From: Candidatus Eiseniibacteriota bacterium
GTDB taxonomy: Bacteria > Eisenbacteria > RBG-16-71-46
Length of the DNA stretch: 64,000 nt
Assembly (NCBI GenBank): GCA_963776245.1
Contig: CAVZLN010000004.1
Coordinates: forward strand, 128,001-192,000
Direction of reading: 5' to 3'
The translations under genes and the position numbers were made by a program. The notes under the pieces were generated by a model. That model saw only the letters and a program-made list of their open reading frames with translations. It searched no databases and was not told the origin of the DNA. Position 1 is the first letter of the stretch; the number at the start of each line of letters is the position of its first letter. Positions 50,939 through 61,745 of the stretch are shown one piece after another.

Positions 50939-51712
50939 GCGTGCGGATCCATCCCGCCGCGTTCGTGGACCCCAAGGCGCGGCTCGGTCTGGACGTGACC
51001 ATCGGGCCGGGGACGCTGATCGGTCCCGACGTCACGGTCGGCGACGGGACGCGCATCGACGCGCACGCGCTCGTCACCGGGTGGACCACGCTGGGCCGCG
51101 AGTGTCACCTGCACCACGCCGCGGTCGCCGGGAGCCCGCCGCAGGACCTCAAGTATCCGGGTGAGCCCTCGTACCTGGTGATCGGCGACCGCACCGTGAT
51201 GCGCGAGTTCACGACCGCCAATCTCGCCACCGAGCCCGGCGCCACCACCCGGGTCGGGAGCGATTGCCTCCTGATGGCTTACTCCCACGTGGCGCACAAT
51301 TGCGCCCTCGGGGAGCGGGTCATCGTCGCGAACGCGGTGCAGTTCGCCGGGGTACGTGACGGTGGAGGACTGGGCGATCGTGGGCGGGGGCAGCGTGGTG
51401 CACCAGTTCGTGAGGATCGGCGCCCACAGCATGATCGGGGGCGGATCGCGCATCGCCCAGGATGTCGCGCCGTTCGTGAAGCTCGGGGGCAGTCCTCCCC
51501 GGCTCGCCGGAGTCAACACCATCGGCCTCGAGCGGCGGGGCTTCGCGGCGCCGACGGTGGCCGGCATCGAGGGCGCGTACCGTCTGTTCTTCCGCAAGGG
51601 GCTCACCGTGCCGCAGGCGGTGGAGCGCATCCGCGCGGAGTTCCCGGGAATGCCGGAGGTCGAGCACTTCGCGCGGTTCTGCGAGACCTCGGCGCGCGGC
51701 ATCACCCGCTGA
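50935..51712 (+). CDS. lpxA: UDP-GlcNAc O-acyltransferase, apparent frameshift in a G-run near 51350
   Basis: PQDLKY, MAYSHVAHNC, VHQF, QDVAPF, GLERRGF. Confidence 0.92.
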
Positions 51713-51722
51713 GGGAGGTCGC

Positions 51723-52721
51723 ATGAAGCCGGTGCGGGTCGGAGTGTGGGGGGTCGGGGTCTGGGGCGAGAAGCACGCGCGCGTGTACTCCACGCTGCCC
51801 GGGGCATCGCTCGCCGGTGTCCACGACCTCGACCCGGAGCGCGCGGCCGAGGTCGCGGCGCACTACCAGTGTCCGGTGTTCGAACGGCCCGAAGCGCTGC
51901 TGGCCGCGTGCGAGGCGGTGTCGGTCGCGGTGCCCACGGTCGCTCACCGCGCGGTGGTCGAGCGCGCCTGCGCGGCCGGGTGTCACGTCCTGGTCGAGAA
52001 GCCGATGGCGTTCTCGCCCGCGGAGACGGACGCGATGATCGAGGCCGCCACCCGGGCGGGCGTGAAGCTCCAGGTCGGGCACGTCGAGCGCTTCAATCCG
52101 GTGCTGCTCGCGGCCCGTCCGCTGGTGCGGGGGCCGCGCTTCATCGAGGGGCACCGGCTGGCGCCCTTCCAGCCGCGCTCCCTCGACATCGACGTGGTGT
52201 TCGACCTCATGATCCACGACATCGACGCCGTGCTGGCGTTCGTCGGGCGGCCGCCGGTGTCGATCTCGGCGGTGGGGGTCGCGGTGCTCTCGGCGCACGA
52301 GGACATCGCCAACGCGCGGCTCGAGTTCGACGACGGATGCGTGGCGAACCTCACCGCCAGCCGGGTCTCGGTCGAGCGGCTGCGGCGCCTGCGATTCTTC
52401 CAGGGGGACGCGTACCTCTCGGTGGACCTGTTCGAGAAGACCGGGGAGATGTTCCGCATCAAGGAGCCGAACTCCTTCAAGCCCGGCCAGGTGGATCCGC
52501 TCGCGCTGCTCGCCGGCCTGGAGCGGCGCCGGCTCGAGGGCGTGCCGGGCGAGCCCCTCGGCCTCCAGCTCGCCGCGTTCCTCGGCTCGCTGCGCGGCGT
52601 CGGAGAGGGTGCCGCGCCGGCCGCCGCGGGACGTGCCGCGGTGGTCGTGGCCGCCGAGGTGCAGGCCGCGATGCGGCGACGGGCGCAGCAGTGGGCGACG
52701 GCGACGAACCCCGCGTCCTGA
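51723..52721 (+). CDS. Gfo/Idh/MocA oxidoreductase, probably GnnA-like (UDP-GlcNAc 3-dehydrogenase)
   Basis: HVLVEKP, QVGHVERFNP, DVVFDLMIHDID, ANLTASRVS; sits between lpxA and lpxB. Confidence 0.75.
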   Translation: MKPVRVGVWGVGVWGEKHARVYSTLPGASLAGVHDLDPERAAEVAAHYQCPVFERPEALLAACEAVSVAVPTVAHRAVVERACAAGCHVLVEKPMAFSPAETDAMIEAATRAGVKLQVGHVERFNPVLLAARPLVRGPRFIEGHRLAPFQPRSLDIDVVFDLMIHDIDAVLAFVGRPPVSISAVGVAVLSAHEDIANARLEFDDGCVANLTASRVSVERLRRLRFFQGDAYLSVDLFEKTGEMFRIKEPNSFKPGQVDPLALLAGLERRRLEGVPGEPLGLQLAAFLGSLRGVGEGAAPAAAGRAAVVVAAEVQAAMRRRAQQWATATNPAS

Positions 52722-53830
52722 TCGTCGCGGGTGAGACCTCGGGCGACCGTCACGCGGCCCGGCTGGTCACCGCGCTCCGCGCCACCGGTGCGTGCTCGGT
52801 GCGCGGGGTCACCGGACCGGCGCTCGAGGCCGCCGGGGTCATGCGGGTGGCTGCGATGGACCCGCTCTCGGTCATCGGGTTCACGGCCATCGTCGCGCGC
52901 CTGCCGCGGGTGCTGGGGGTCTATTCCCGCGTGCTCGATGCGGCGCGCGCGTTCCGGCCGCACGTGGCGGTGCTGGTGGACTCGCCGGGGTTCAATCTCC
53001 GTCTCGGACCGGCGCTCAAACGCGCCGGCATCCCGGTGTACTACTACATCGCGCCGCAGGTCTGGGCCTGGCATCCGGAGCGCGCCGCGCACATGGCGCG
53101 CTGGGTGGACCGCCTCGCGGTGGTGTTCCCGTTCGAGGAACGGATCTTCCGCGCCGCCGGGGTTGAGTCGCGCTTCGTGGGTCACCCGCTCATGGAGGAC
53201 CTCGCCCCCGAGTGCGACGCCGCCGAGTTCCGCGCGCGCCTCGGGATCGATCCGGGGGCGCCGGTGCTCGGGCTGCTGCCGGGCAGCCGCCGTCAGGAGC
53301 TGCGCGCGCACGTGCCGGTGATGGTCGCGGCGGCGCGACGACTGGCGCGGGAACGGCCCGCGCTGGCGGTGGTGCTGGCGGCCGCTCCGGGGTTCGGGCG
53401 CGCGGACGTCGAGGCGCTCGGCGGCCCGCTCGGGGACATGCGCGTCGCGGAGGGTCTCACCCACGCGGTCCAGGCCCACGCCTCGGCCTGCGCCGTGGCG
53501 TCCGGCACCGCGACCCTCGAGACCGCCCTGATGGGCACGCCGCTGGCGATCGTGTACCGCACCAGCGCGATCAACCACTGGATCGCCCGGCGGGTCGTGC
53601 GGCTGGAACGCATCGGCCTTCCCAACATCGTCGCCGGGGAGGACGTGGCGCCGGAGCTGCTCCAGGACGGGCTCACCCCGGAGCGGCTCGCCGACGCGCT
53701 CGCTCCATGGCTCGACGATCCGGCCGCGAACACCGCCGCCCGCTCCCGGCTGGCGCGGGTGCGCGAGCGGCTCGGGGGACCGGGCGCGGCGGAGCGCGCC
53801 GCGGCGTGGCTGCGCGAGATGCTGCCGTGA
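52691..53830 (+). CDS. lpxB: Lipid-A-disaccharide synthase
   Basis: AGETSGD, DSPGFN, PQVWAW, FPFE, VGHPL, LLPGSR, SGTATLE. Confidence 0.96.
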   Translation: MGDGDEPRVLIVAGETSGDRHAARLVTALRATGACSVRGVTGPALEAAGVMRVAAMDPLSVIGFTAIVARLPRVLGVYSRVLDAARAFRPHVAVLVDSPGFNLRLGPALKRAGIPVYYYIAPQVWAWHPERAAHMARWVDRLAVVFPFEERIFRAAGVESRFVGHPLMEDLAPECDAAEFRARLGIDPGAPVLGLLPGSRRQELRAHVPVMVAAARRLARERPALAVVLAAAPGFGRADVEALGGPLGDMRVAEGLTHAVQAHASACAVASGTATLETALMGTPLAIVYRTSAINHWIARRVVRLERIGLPNIVAGEDVAPELLQDGLTPERLADALAPWLDDPAANTAARSRLARVRERLGGPGAAERAAAWLREMLP

Positions 53831-54492
53831 ACGCGGCGCGCGCGCCGTGGTGGATGACGCCCGCCGCGGCACTCGGCGCGCTCGGGATCGAGCTGCTCGC
53901 GCGCACCTGGCGCGTCACCTTCGCCGGGGTGCGCGAGTACGACGCCGCGCTCGACCGCGGCGAGCGGTGCATCTTCGCCGTCTGGCACGCGCGCCTGCTG
54001 CCGCTCGTGTCGTCCCACCGCGGGCGTCACATCGCGGTGCTGGTGAGCCGCAGCCGCGACGGGGAGCTCATCACCCGCACCATCGACCACTTCGGGTTCG
54101 TCACCGCGCGCGGCTCGAGCTCGCGTGCCGGCCGGGAGGGCGTGCTCGAGATGGTGGAGTGGGCTGAGCGTGGACACCTGCTGGGGGTGACGCCCGACGG
54201 TCCGCGCGGTCCGGCCGGCGTGGCCAAGGCCGGCGTCGTGTGGCTGGCGTCCCGCACCGGCTGGCCGGTCGTCCCGCTCGCCACCGCATCGTCGCGGGCC
54301 TGGCGGGCGCGCTCGTGGGACCGGTTCCGGGTCCCGCTCCCCTTCGCGCGCGTGGTGGTGGGATATGGTGAGCCCATCGCGGTGCCGCGCGAGCTCGACG
54401 CGGCGGCGGCCGAGGTCTGGCGCGAACGGGTCGAGCAGGCGCTCCACGCCCACACCGCCGAGATGGCGAGGCGCGCGGGGGAGACCGGATGA
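53827..54492 (+). CDS. DUF374 lysophospholipid acyltransferase family (LpxJ-like candidate)
   Basis: AVWH, VSRSRDGE, RGSSSR, TPDGPRGP, SWDRF..PLPF. Confidence 0.85.
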   Translation: MNAARAPWWMTPAAALGALGIELLARTWRVTFAGVREYDAALDRGERCIFAVWHARLLPLVSSHRGRHIAVLVSRSRDGELITRTIDHFGFVTARGSSSRAGREGVLEMVEWAERGHLLGVTPDGPRGPAGVAKAGVVWLASRTGWPVVPLATASSRAWRARSWDRFRVPLPFARVVVGYGEPIAVPRELDAAAAEVWRERVEQALHAHTAEMARRAGETG

Positions 54493-55742
54493 GCCTGGCG
54501 TGGAGAGCGTACCGGACGGTGGCGCCGATGCTCGGGGCGCTCGCGCCCGCGGCGCGCTGGCTGGCCTCCCCGCCGGAGCGGGTGCTGTGGGGAGAGCGCA
54601 TGGGCCACGCCGAGGTCGATGGCCCCTGCGACGCGTGGGTGCACTCGGCGTCCCTCGGCGAGGCGGGCGCGGTGCCGCCGCTGGTGCGCGAGTTGTCGGC
54701 CCTGCAGCCCGGCGCCCGGCTCTACCTGACCGCCACGACGCGGGCGGGACGGGCGCGCCTGCAGTCGCTCGGTCTCCCGGTCTCGCTCGCCCCCATCGAC
54801 GCTCCGCAGGCGGTGGCGCGGTTCTTCGATCGGGTGAGACCGCGGCGCGTCCTGGTGGTCGAGACCGAGCTGTGGCCCCACTGGCTGATGCGTGCGCGCG
54901 CATCGGGGGTCCCGGTGGCGTTCGTGAGCGCACGGCTCTCGGAGCGCTCGCGCCGCGGATATGCCGGGCTCGGGCAGGGACTGCGTGCGCTGACCGGCGG
55001 CGTGGCGGGAGCGCTCTGCCAGACCGCCGCGGACGCCGCGCGCTGGATCGACATCGGGGTGCCGCGCGAGCGGGTCGCGGTGGTGGGCAATCTCAAGGAC
55101 GATGGGCTGCCGGAGGGAGCGCAGGATCGCAGCGCGGCGAGGCGCGCCTTCGGTCTGGAGGGCGGGCGCCCGCTGCTGGTGCTGGGAAGCCTCCGGCCGG
55201 GCGAGGGTCGGCTGGTGGCGCAGGCGTGGAAGACCCTCGATGAGGACGTGCGTGGCCGCTGGCAGGTGGTCGCGGTGCCACGGCATCCGCGCGCCGCGGC
55301 GGACCTGCGCGAGGAGGTCGGCCGGGCGGGCGTGCGGGTGGTCGACGGGGGCATCCCGCGCGATGGCGAGTGGCGCTGGGAAGAGCGGCTCGGGGTCCTG
55401 AACGCCTGGTACGCCGGGGCCGACGTGGCGTTCGTGGGGGGCAGCCTGCTGCCCTACGGCGGGCACAACCCGCTCGAGCCGGCGGCGTGCGGCGCCGCGG
55501 TGCTGGTGGGGTCGCATACCGCTTCCCAGGCCGCCGCGATCGATGCGCTCGAGGCGCACGGCGCGCTGCGCGTCGCGCGGGACGCGGGGGGGCTTGCGGC
55601 GGCGCTGCGCGAATTGCTCGGCGACACGGGGGCGCGCGATGCGGCCTCGCGGGCGGGGCTGGCGACCGTGGCCGAGGCGCGGGGCGCGGCGCGCCGCGCG
55701 GCGCACCTGCTGGTGGAGTGGCGGCTGTGGCCGACCGACTGA
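54489..55742 (+). CDS. waaA: Kdo transferase
   Basis: WVHSASLGE, ETELWP, GNLK, VPRHP, FVGGSL..GGHNPLEPA. Confidence 0.93.
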   Translation: MSLAWRAYRTVAPMLGALAPAARWLASPPERVLWGERMGHAEVDGPCDAWVHSASLGEAGAVPPLVRELSALQPGARLYLTATTRAGRARLQSLGLPVSLAPIDAPQAVARFFDRVRPRRVLVVETELWPHWLMRARASGVPVAFVSARLSERSRRGYAGLGQGLRALTGGVAGALCQTAADAARWIDIGVPRERVAVVGNLKDDGLPEGAQDRSAARRAFGLEGGRPLLVLGSLRPGEGRLVAQAWKTLDEDVRGRWQVVAVPRHPRAAADLREEVGRAGVRVVDGGIPRDGEWRWEERLGVLNAWYAGADVAFVGGSLLPYGGHNPLEPAACGAAVLVGSHTASQAAAIDALEAHGALRVARDAGGLAAALRELLGDTGARDAASRAGLATVAEARGAARRAAHLLVEWRLWPTD

Positions 55743-56695
55743 GAGGCGCGCTGCTGGGCGCGGGGGAGTCGCTGATGCGCGCGGCGTGGGACCTGCGCCG
55801 GCGGACGTACGCGTTCGGGCTGCGCAGCCCGGAACGGGTGGATGCGCGGGTGGTGAGCGTGGGCAATCTGAGCGTGGGCGGCACCGGCAAGACCACGCTC
55901 ACGATCCACCTCGCCCGGCGCGCCCGCGCCGCGGGGCTGAACGTGGCCGTGGTGTGCCGACGCTACCACCCGGGCCCGGGCGGGCGGGGCGACGAGGAAC
56001 TGCTCTACGTCGCGGCACTCGGGCAGGCCGGGGTGCGCGCCGGCCGGGTGAAGCGCGAGCTGTCACGGGCGGCGGCGGCGGCCGGACACGACTGGATCGT
56101 GGTCGACGATGGGTTCTCGCACTGGGGGCTGGCCCGCGACCTCGACATCGTGCTGCTGGACGCGAGCGATCCGTGGGGGGGTGGCCGGATGCTGCCGGCC
56201 GGCCGGCTGCGCGAGCCGCTGCGGGCGCTCCAGCGGGCGGGCGCCGTGGTGGTGACACGCCTCGCCCGGGACCAGGACCCGGCGCCGCTGCTCGAGGCGG
56301 CGCACCGCGCGGCTCCGGCGGCGGCGCTCGGGGCGGCGCGCCACCGCGTGGCGGGAGTGCGCGGGCTCGACGGAGGCGCCCCGCCGGCCGGGCGCGTGCG
56401 CGTGGTGACGGCGACCGGCAATCCGGGCGCCGTGCGCGCCTCCGCGCTCGAGGCCGGGCTCGAGGTGGTGGGGCTGGCGAGCTACCCGGACCATCACTGG
56501 TTCGCGGTCGCGGAGGCGCGGCGCGAAGCCGCGCGCGCGCGCGGCGATCGGGCACAGGTTCTGGTCACGGCCAAGGACGCGGTACGCTGGCCGCGCGCGG
56601 TCGCGCCAGAGGAGGTGCGGGTGCTCGAGGTGGAGTGGGCCTGGGTGACCGGCGGCGAGCGGATCGAGCGGCTCGCGCTGGGCGAGGAGGACTGA
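55727..56695 (+). CDS. lpxK: Tetraacyldisaccharide 4'-kinase
   Basis: VSVGNLSVGGTGKT, DDGFSH, LPAGRLREP, YPDHH, TAKD. Confidence 0.92.
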   Translation: MADRLRGALLGAGESLMRAAWDLRRRTYAFGLRSPERVDARVVSVGNLSVGGTGKTTLTIHLARRARAAGLNVAVVCRRYHPGPGGRGDEELLYVAALGQAGVRAGRVKRELSRAAAAAGHDWIVVDDGFSHWGLARDLDIVLLDASDPWGGGRMLPAGRLREPLRALQRAGAVVVTRLARDQDPAPLLEAAHRAAPAAALGAARHRVAGVRGLDGGAPPAGRVRVVTATGNPGAVRASALEAGLEVVGLASYPDHHWFAVAEARREAARARGDRAQVLVTAKDAVRWPRAVAPEEVRVLEVEWAWVTGGERIERLALGEED

Positions 56696-58329
56696 TGCCG
56701 GAGACCGACGTGCTCATCCTGGGGAGCGGCATCGCCGGTCTGTCGCTGGCGCTCGAGGCCGCGGAGCACGGGCAGGTGCTGGTGCTCACCAAGCAGGCCG
56801 CGGAGGACTCGAGCACCAACTGGGCACAGGGCGGGATCGCCGCGGTGTTCGGACGCGAGGATTCCTTCCGCGACCACCAGCGCGATACGCTCGCGTGCGG
56901 CGCCGGCCTCTCCGATCCGGACGTGGTGCGGCAGGTGGTCCGCGAGGCCCCCGAGCGGGTCCGCGGGCTGGCCGCCATGGGCGTGCCGTTCACCCTCGCG
57001 GCGCGGGGCTTCGCCCTCGGTCGCGAGGGCGGGCATTCCCACCGGCGCATCGTGCACGCCAGCGACTTCACCGGCCAGGCCATCGAGCGCGTGCTCATCG
57101 AGCGGGTGCGTGCGCACCCGCGGATCCGGATGCTCGAGCGCCACTTCGGGGTGGACCTGATCCTCGATTCCCGGCTGCGTGGCTCCGGCGCGCGCCGCGG
57201 CCCCGACGCCTGCTGGGGGGCGTACGTGATGGACCGGGCCAGCGGGCGGATCCGCGCGGTGACCGCGCGCGTCACCGTGCTGGCCACCGGCGGCTGCGGC
57301 AAGGTGTATCTCTACACCAGCAATCCCGATGTCGCGACCGGCGACGGGATCGCGATGGCGTACCGGGCCGGACTTCCGGTGGCGAACCTCGAGTTCGTCC
57401 AGTTCCATCCCACCTGCCTGTTCCATCCGCGCGCCAAGTCGTTCCTGCTGAGCGAGGCCCTGCGCGGCGAGGGCGCCGTGCTGCGCACCATCGGCGGCGA
57501 GCGCTTCATGCCGCGCTATCACCGGCTCGCCGAACTCGCGCCGCGCGACGTGGTGGCGCGCGCCATCGACCGCGAGATGAAGCGGCGCGGCGATCCTCAC
57601 GTCTACCTCGACATCACGCGCGAGCGGGCCTCGCGGGTGCGCGCGCGGTTCCCGAACATCGACGCCGCGCTGCGCGGGCTGGGCTTCGATCTGACGCGCG
57701 AGCCCATCCCGGTGGTCCCCGCCGCGCACTACATGTGCGGCGGCGTGGTGGCGACGCTCTCGGGGCGCACCGCGGTGAAGGGACTGCTCGCCATCGGCGA
57801 GACCGCCTGCACCGGACTGCACGGCGCGAACCGGCTGGCGAGCAATTCGCTGCTCGAGGCGCTGGTGTCCGCGCACCACGCAGTGGCCGAGGTCGAGCGG
57901 CGGCTGGCCGCGGTGCGGCGAGCGCCGCGCGCCGCCGAGTGGTCGGCGGCGGGCACCCGCCCGGCGCTGGAGAGCGTGGTGTTCGAGCACGACTGGGACG
58001 GGGTGCGGCGGGTGATGTGGGACCTGGTGGGCATCGTGCGCACCGACCAGCGTCTCCACTACGCCGACCGTCGGCTGGCGTTGCTGCGCGACGAGATCGA
58101 GGAGGCGTACCGCGCCTCGCGTCTGACCCCCGACCTGGTCGAATTGCGCAACATCGCGCTGGTGGGCAGCCTGGTGGTGCGCTGCGCGCAACGGCGTCAC
58201 GAGAGCCGCGGGCTGCACTACAACCTCGACCATCCGCGGCGCGACCGCGTGCGCGGGACACGGCCGAGCGTGGTCCGCCTGCCGGCCGGGGGCCGTGCGC
58301 TTGCCGCGCGCGCGCGCGCCGACCTATAG
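56695..58329 (+). CDS. nadB: L-aspartate oxidase
   Basis: GSGIAG, WAQGGIA, EGGHS, QFHPT, LAPRDVVAR, AAHYMCGG, GLHGANRLASNSLLE. Confidence 0.96.
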   Translation: MPETDVLILGSGIAGLSLALEAAEHGQVLVLTKQAAEDSSTNWAQGGIAAVFGREDSFRDHQRDTLACGAGLSDPDVVRQVVREAPERVRGLAAMGVPFTLAARGFALGREGGHSHRRIVHASDFTGQAIERVLIERVRAHPRIRMLERHFGVDLILDSRLRGSGARRGPDACWGAYVMDRASGRIRAVTARVTVLATGGCGKVYLYTSNPDVATGDGIAMAYRAGLPVANLEFVQFHPTCLFHPRAKSFLLSEALRGEGAVLRTIGGERFMPRYHRLAELAPRDVVARAIDREMKRRGDPHVYLDITRERASRVRARFPNIDAALRGLGFDLTREPIPVVPAAHYMCGGVVATLSGRTAVKGLLAIGETACTGLHGANRLASNSLLEALVSAHHAVAEVERRLAAVRRAPRAAEWSAAGTRPALESVVFEHDWDGVRRVMWDLVGIVRTDQRLHYADRRLALLRDEIEEAYRASRLTPDLVELRNIALVGSLVVRCAQRRHESRGLHYNLDHPRRDRVRGTRPSVVRLPAGGRALAARARADL

Positions 58330-58330
58330 T
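58301..58330 (+). promoter_or_regulatory. Putative sigma70 promoter TTGCCG-N18-TATAGT
   Basis: -10 overlaps the nadB TAG stop; SD GGAGG before ATG 58357. Confidence 0.55.
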
Positions 58331-58356
58331 CCTCCGCTCCGGAGGACCCCGCGCTC

Positions 58357-58785
58357 ATGAGCTCCACCGATCACGCGTTCTGGGATGCCGTGGACCGCAT
58401 CGTCGAGTCGGGCAGCCCGTACCGGCGCGAAGCCTATCGGTTCGTGGTGCAGGCGCTCGGGACGGCCGTGGCCGGGCTCCCCGAGGACCGCCGGGACGAC
58501 CCCGAACGCCGCCACCTCTCGGGGCAGGAACTGCTCGAGGCGGTGGTGACGACCGCGCGCGAGGAGTACGGCTTCCTGGCGGCCACGGTCTTCGCCGAGT
58601 GGGGAGTGGCGGGCGGCCAGGACATCGGGCGCATCGTCTTCGACCTGGTGGAGGCGGGGCAGTTGAGCGCACGCCCGGAGGACACGCTGGACGACTTCCT
58701 CACCCTGCCGGGATGGATCGCGGCCATCGAGTGCCCGCTGGAACCGCAGCCGCCGCGGGCCGCGCGGGGCCGGCCCGGTGTCTGA
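58357..58785 (+). CDS. Minf_1886-family (Planctomycete/Verrucomicrobia-type conserved) protein
   Basis: Y..EAY.FV..AL, RHLSGQEL, EYGFLAATVFAEWGV, DIGRIVF.LV, DTLDDF. Confidence 0.75.
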   Translation: MSSTDHAFWDAVDRIVESGSPYRREAYRFVVQALGTAVAGLPEDRRDDPERRHLSGQELLEAVVTTAREEYGFLAATVFAEWGVAGGQDIGRIVFDLVEAGQLSARPEDTLDDFLTLPGWIAAIECPLEPQPPRAARGRPGV

Positions 58786-58839
58786 CCCGCGCGACGCCGG
58801 ACGTGCCGCGGGCGCGGGCCGCCGCGAGGCCAGGCGCGC

Positions 58840-60690
58840 GTGAGGACGTACCTGCGGCTGCTGGGCTACCTGGCGCCCTACCGCGCGCGCGTCGCGCTCG
58901 CGCTCGGGTGCATGCTGGTGTTCGGGATCACCTCCGCGCTCTCGATCGGCGCCGTCTCCCCGTTCATGCAGGTGCTGTTCGAGCGCGGCGGGGCCGGCAC
59001 GCCGGCGACCTCCGCGATCGCGGCCGCGGGGCGTCACGCGGGGGGGCAGGATCCGCTCCGGTTCCTGCCCGCGGGCGCGCGTGCGCGCGTCGAACACGTG
59101 CTGCTCGAGGCGCCGCCGCTGGTCGCGCTCGAGCGCGTGTGCGTGTTCATCCTGGTGGTGATGCTGATCAAGAACCTCGCCGACTATCTGCAGGGGTTCC
59201 TGATGGTCTCGGTGGAGCAGGCGGTCATCCGGGACATCCGCGACGCGCTCAACGCCCACCTCCAGCGGCTGCCGCTCGGCTACTTCCATGGCGCGCGGAG
59301 TGGCGTGCTGCTGGCGCGGGTCACCAACGACGTCGACTACCTCCGTGCGCTGCTCGCTTCGAGCGTGAGCGACCTGGTGAAGGACGGGCTCCAGCTCCTC
59401 GGCAGCCTCGCGCTGGCGGTGCTCGCCTCGTGGAGACTGGCGCTCCTCTCGGCGCTCATCCTGCCTCCGGCGATGCTCGCGGTGGTGGTCATCGGCCGCA
59501 TGACGAGCCGGCGCTCGGGTCAGGCCCAGGAGCGCATGGCCGACATGACCAGCCAGCTCCAGCAGACCCTGTACGGCGCGCGCGTGGTGAAGGCGTTCGG
59601 CGCCGAGGGCCGCGAGCGCGAGCGGTTCGCGAGGATCAACCGGCGCTTCTTCGAGGCGTACGTCCGGTTGCGCCGCATCTCGGCGGCGGCCAAGCCGGTG
59701 AGCGAGTACACCATGGTGCTGGTGGCGGTCGTCATGCTGTGGTTCGGCGGCCGCGAGATCTTCGTGAGCCACACCCTCGAGCCTCACACCTTCATCCTGT
59801 TCGTGACCGCGCTGCTGTCGACGATCTCGCCCGTGAAGGGGCTCGCCGACGTGAACACCAACGTCCACCAGGGCATCGCGGCCGCGCGCCGGGTGTTCGA
59901 GGTGCTCGACACCGCGCCCACCGTGACCGACCGGCCGGGAGCGCGCGCGCTGCCGCCGTTCCGGGAGCAGGTGCGCTACGAGGGCGTGACGTTCGCCTAC
60001 GAGGCGGACCGTCCGGTGGTGCGGGACGTCACCTTCGAGATCGCGCGGGGCGAGGTGGTGGCGCTGGTGGGCTCGAGCGGGTCGGGCAAGAGCACCACCA
60101 TGGACCTGCTGGCGCGCTTCTACGATCCGCTGGCCGGACGCGTCACCATCGACGGACACGACCTGCGGGATCTCACCGTGGAGTCGCTGCGCGCCCAGCT
60201 CGGGATCGTCACGCAGGAGACCCTGCTGTTCCACGACACGGTGCGCGAGAACATCGCCTACGGCGTTCCGGACGCGAGCGACGAGGCCGTGCGTGCCGCC
60301 GCCCAGGCCGCCAATGCCGCCGCGTTCATCGAGCGGCTGCCGAAGGGGTACGGGACGGTCATCGGAGAGCGCGGCGCGCGGCTGTCGGGCGGGGAGCGCC
60401 AGCGGGTGGCGATCGCGCGCGCGCTGCTGCGCAATCCAGCGATCCTGCTGCTCGACGAGGCCACCTCGGCGCTCGACACCGAGAGCGAGCGCCTGGTGCA
60501 GGACGCGCTCGAACGCCTGATGCGCGAACGCACCGTGCTGGTCATCGCGCACCGCCTGTCCACGGTGCAGCACGCCGACCGCATCGTGGTGCTGGACGCC
60601 GGGCGCGTGGTGGCGTCCGGCACCCACGTCGAGCTGCTGGCGCAGGGGGGGATCTACCGCCGGCTGCACGACCTCCAGTTCGCGGACTGA
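58840..60690 (+). CDS. msbA: MsbA-like lipid A export ABC transporter
   Basis: TM domain, ARVTND, GSSGSGKS, LSGGERQR, LDEATSALD, IAHRLST; LPS context. Confidence 0.85.
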   Translation: MRTYLRLLGYLAPYRARVALALGCMLVFGITSALSIGAVSPFMQVLFERGGAGTPATSAIAAAGRHAGGQDPLRFLPAGARARVEHVLLEAPPLVALERVCVFILVVMLIKNLADYLQGFLMVSVEQAVIRDIRDALNAHLQRLPLGYFHGARSGVLLARVTNDVDYLRALLASSVSDLVKDGLQLLGSLALAVLASWRLALLSALILPPAMLAVVVIGRMTSRRSGQAQERMADMTSQLQQTLYGARVVKAFGAEGRERERFARINRRFFEAYVRLRRISAAAKPVSEYTMVLVAVVMLWFGGREIFVSHTLEPHTFILFVTALLSTISPVKGLADVNTNVHQGIAAARRVFEVLDTAPTVTDRPGARALPPFREQVRYEGVTFAYEADRPVVRDVTFEIARGEVVALVGSSGSGKSTTMDLLARFYDPLAGRVTIDGHDLRDLTVESLRAQLGIVTQETLLFHDTVRENIAYGVPDASDEAVRAAAQAANAAAFIERLPKGYGTVIGERGARLSGGERQRVAIARALLRNPAILLLDEATSALDTESERLVQDALERLMRERTVLVIAHRLSTVQHADRIVVLDAGRVVASGTHVELLAQGGIYRRLHDLQFAD

Positions 60691-60692
60691 AG

Positions 60693-61734
60693 GTGGCGCG
60701 CCGCCCGCGACCGGTGCCGATCCCGCCCGGGGGGTTCCGCGAGATCGCGGTGCTGCGTCTGTCCTCGCTCGGCGACGTGGTGCTCACCCTGCCGGTGGTG
60801 CATGCGCTCCGGGCGGCCTTCCCGCAGGCGCGGCTCCACTACTGGGTCAAGGAGGAGTTCGCGGACGTGGTGCGCCACGATCCCGCGATCGACCACGTGC
60901 GGGTGCTGGAGGCCGACGCCCGGCGGATCGAGGACCTGGTGTCGATGAGCGCCGAGCTCGAGGACTGCGACCTGATCGTGGACCTGCACGGCAACGCGCG
61001 CACGCGGGTCCTCACCTTCCGCCAGCGCGCGCCGGTGGTGCGCGCGCCGTCGTTCCGATTCGGCCGCGCGCGCTGGGTGCACGCGCGCTGGAGCCGGCCG
61101 GGAGCGATCCCGGGAGCCGTCAGGCGCTACGCCGTGGCGCTCACGGCGCTCGGGATCGCCGTCGGGGACGAGCCGCGGGTGGGCGCGGGGGAGGAGGCCG
61201 AGCGGTGGGCCGGGGAATGGATGCGGGACTGGTCGCCGCGCGGCGCCGCCGGTGGCACTGTGCCCGGGCGCCCGTCACTTCAGCAAGCGCTGGCCGGAGG
61301 CACACTGGGTGGAGCTCGACGCGGCGCTCGCGGCCGCGGGGCGCGCGCGCCTCTACTTCGGGCTCGCCGCGGAGCGCCGCGCGCTGCCCGTGCTGACGGC
61401 CGGGGTCGAGGGTTCGCCCACCGCGCGCTGGTGCGCCGAACCACTGCCGCGGATGGCGGCACTGTTGTCGCGCTGCGCCGCCGCGGTCTCGAACGACAGC
61501 GGGCTCATGCACCTGTCCGCCGCGCGGGGTCTGCGGGTGGTGGCGCTGTTCGGCAGCACCTCGCCGGTGCTCGGCTTCGCGCCCGCCGGCCCGGGACACG
61601 TCGTGCTCTGCCGCCACGAGTCCTGCCAGCCCTGCACGCTCCATGGGCGCGCGTCGTGCCCCAGGGGACATTTCCGCTGCATGACGGCCCTCGCCCCGGC
61701 GACGGTCTTCGAGTCGCTGCGGTCGCTGCTCTGA
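60693..61734 (+). CDS. GT9 heptosyltransferase-like glycosyltransferase, apparent frameshift near 61245
   Basis: RLSSLGDVVL, VDLHGN; then PGARHFSKRWP, NDSGLMH, ALFGST, CQPC...C in the next frame. Confidence 0.85.
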
Positions 61735-61745
61735 GGCGCCACGCC

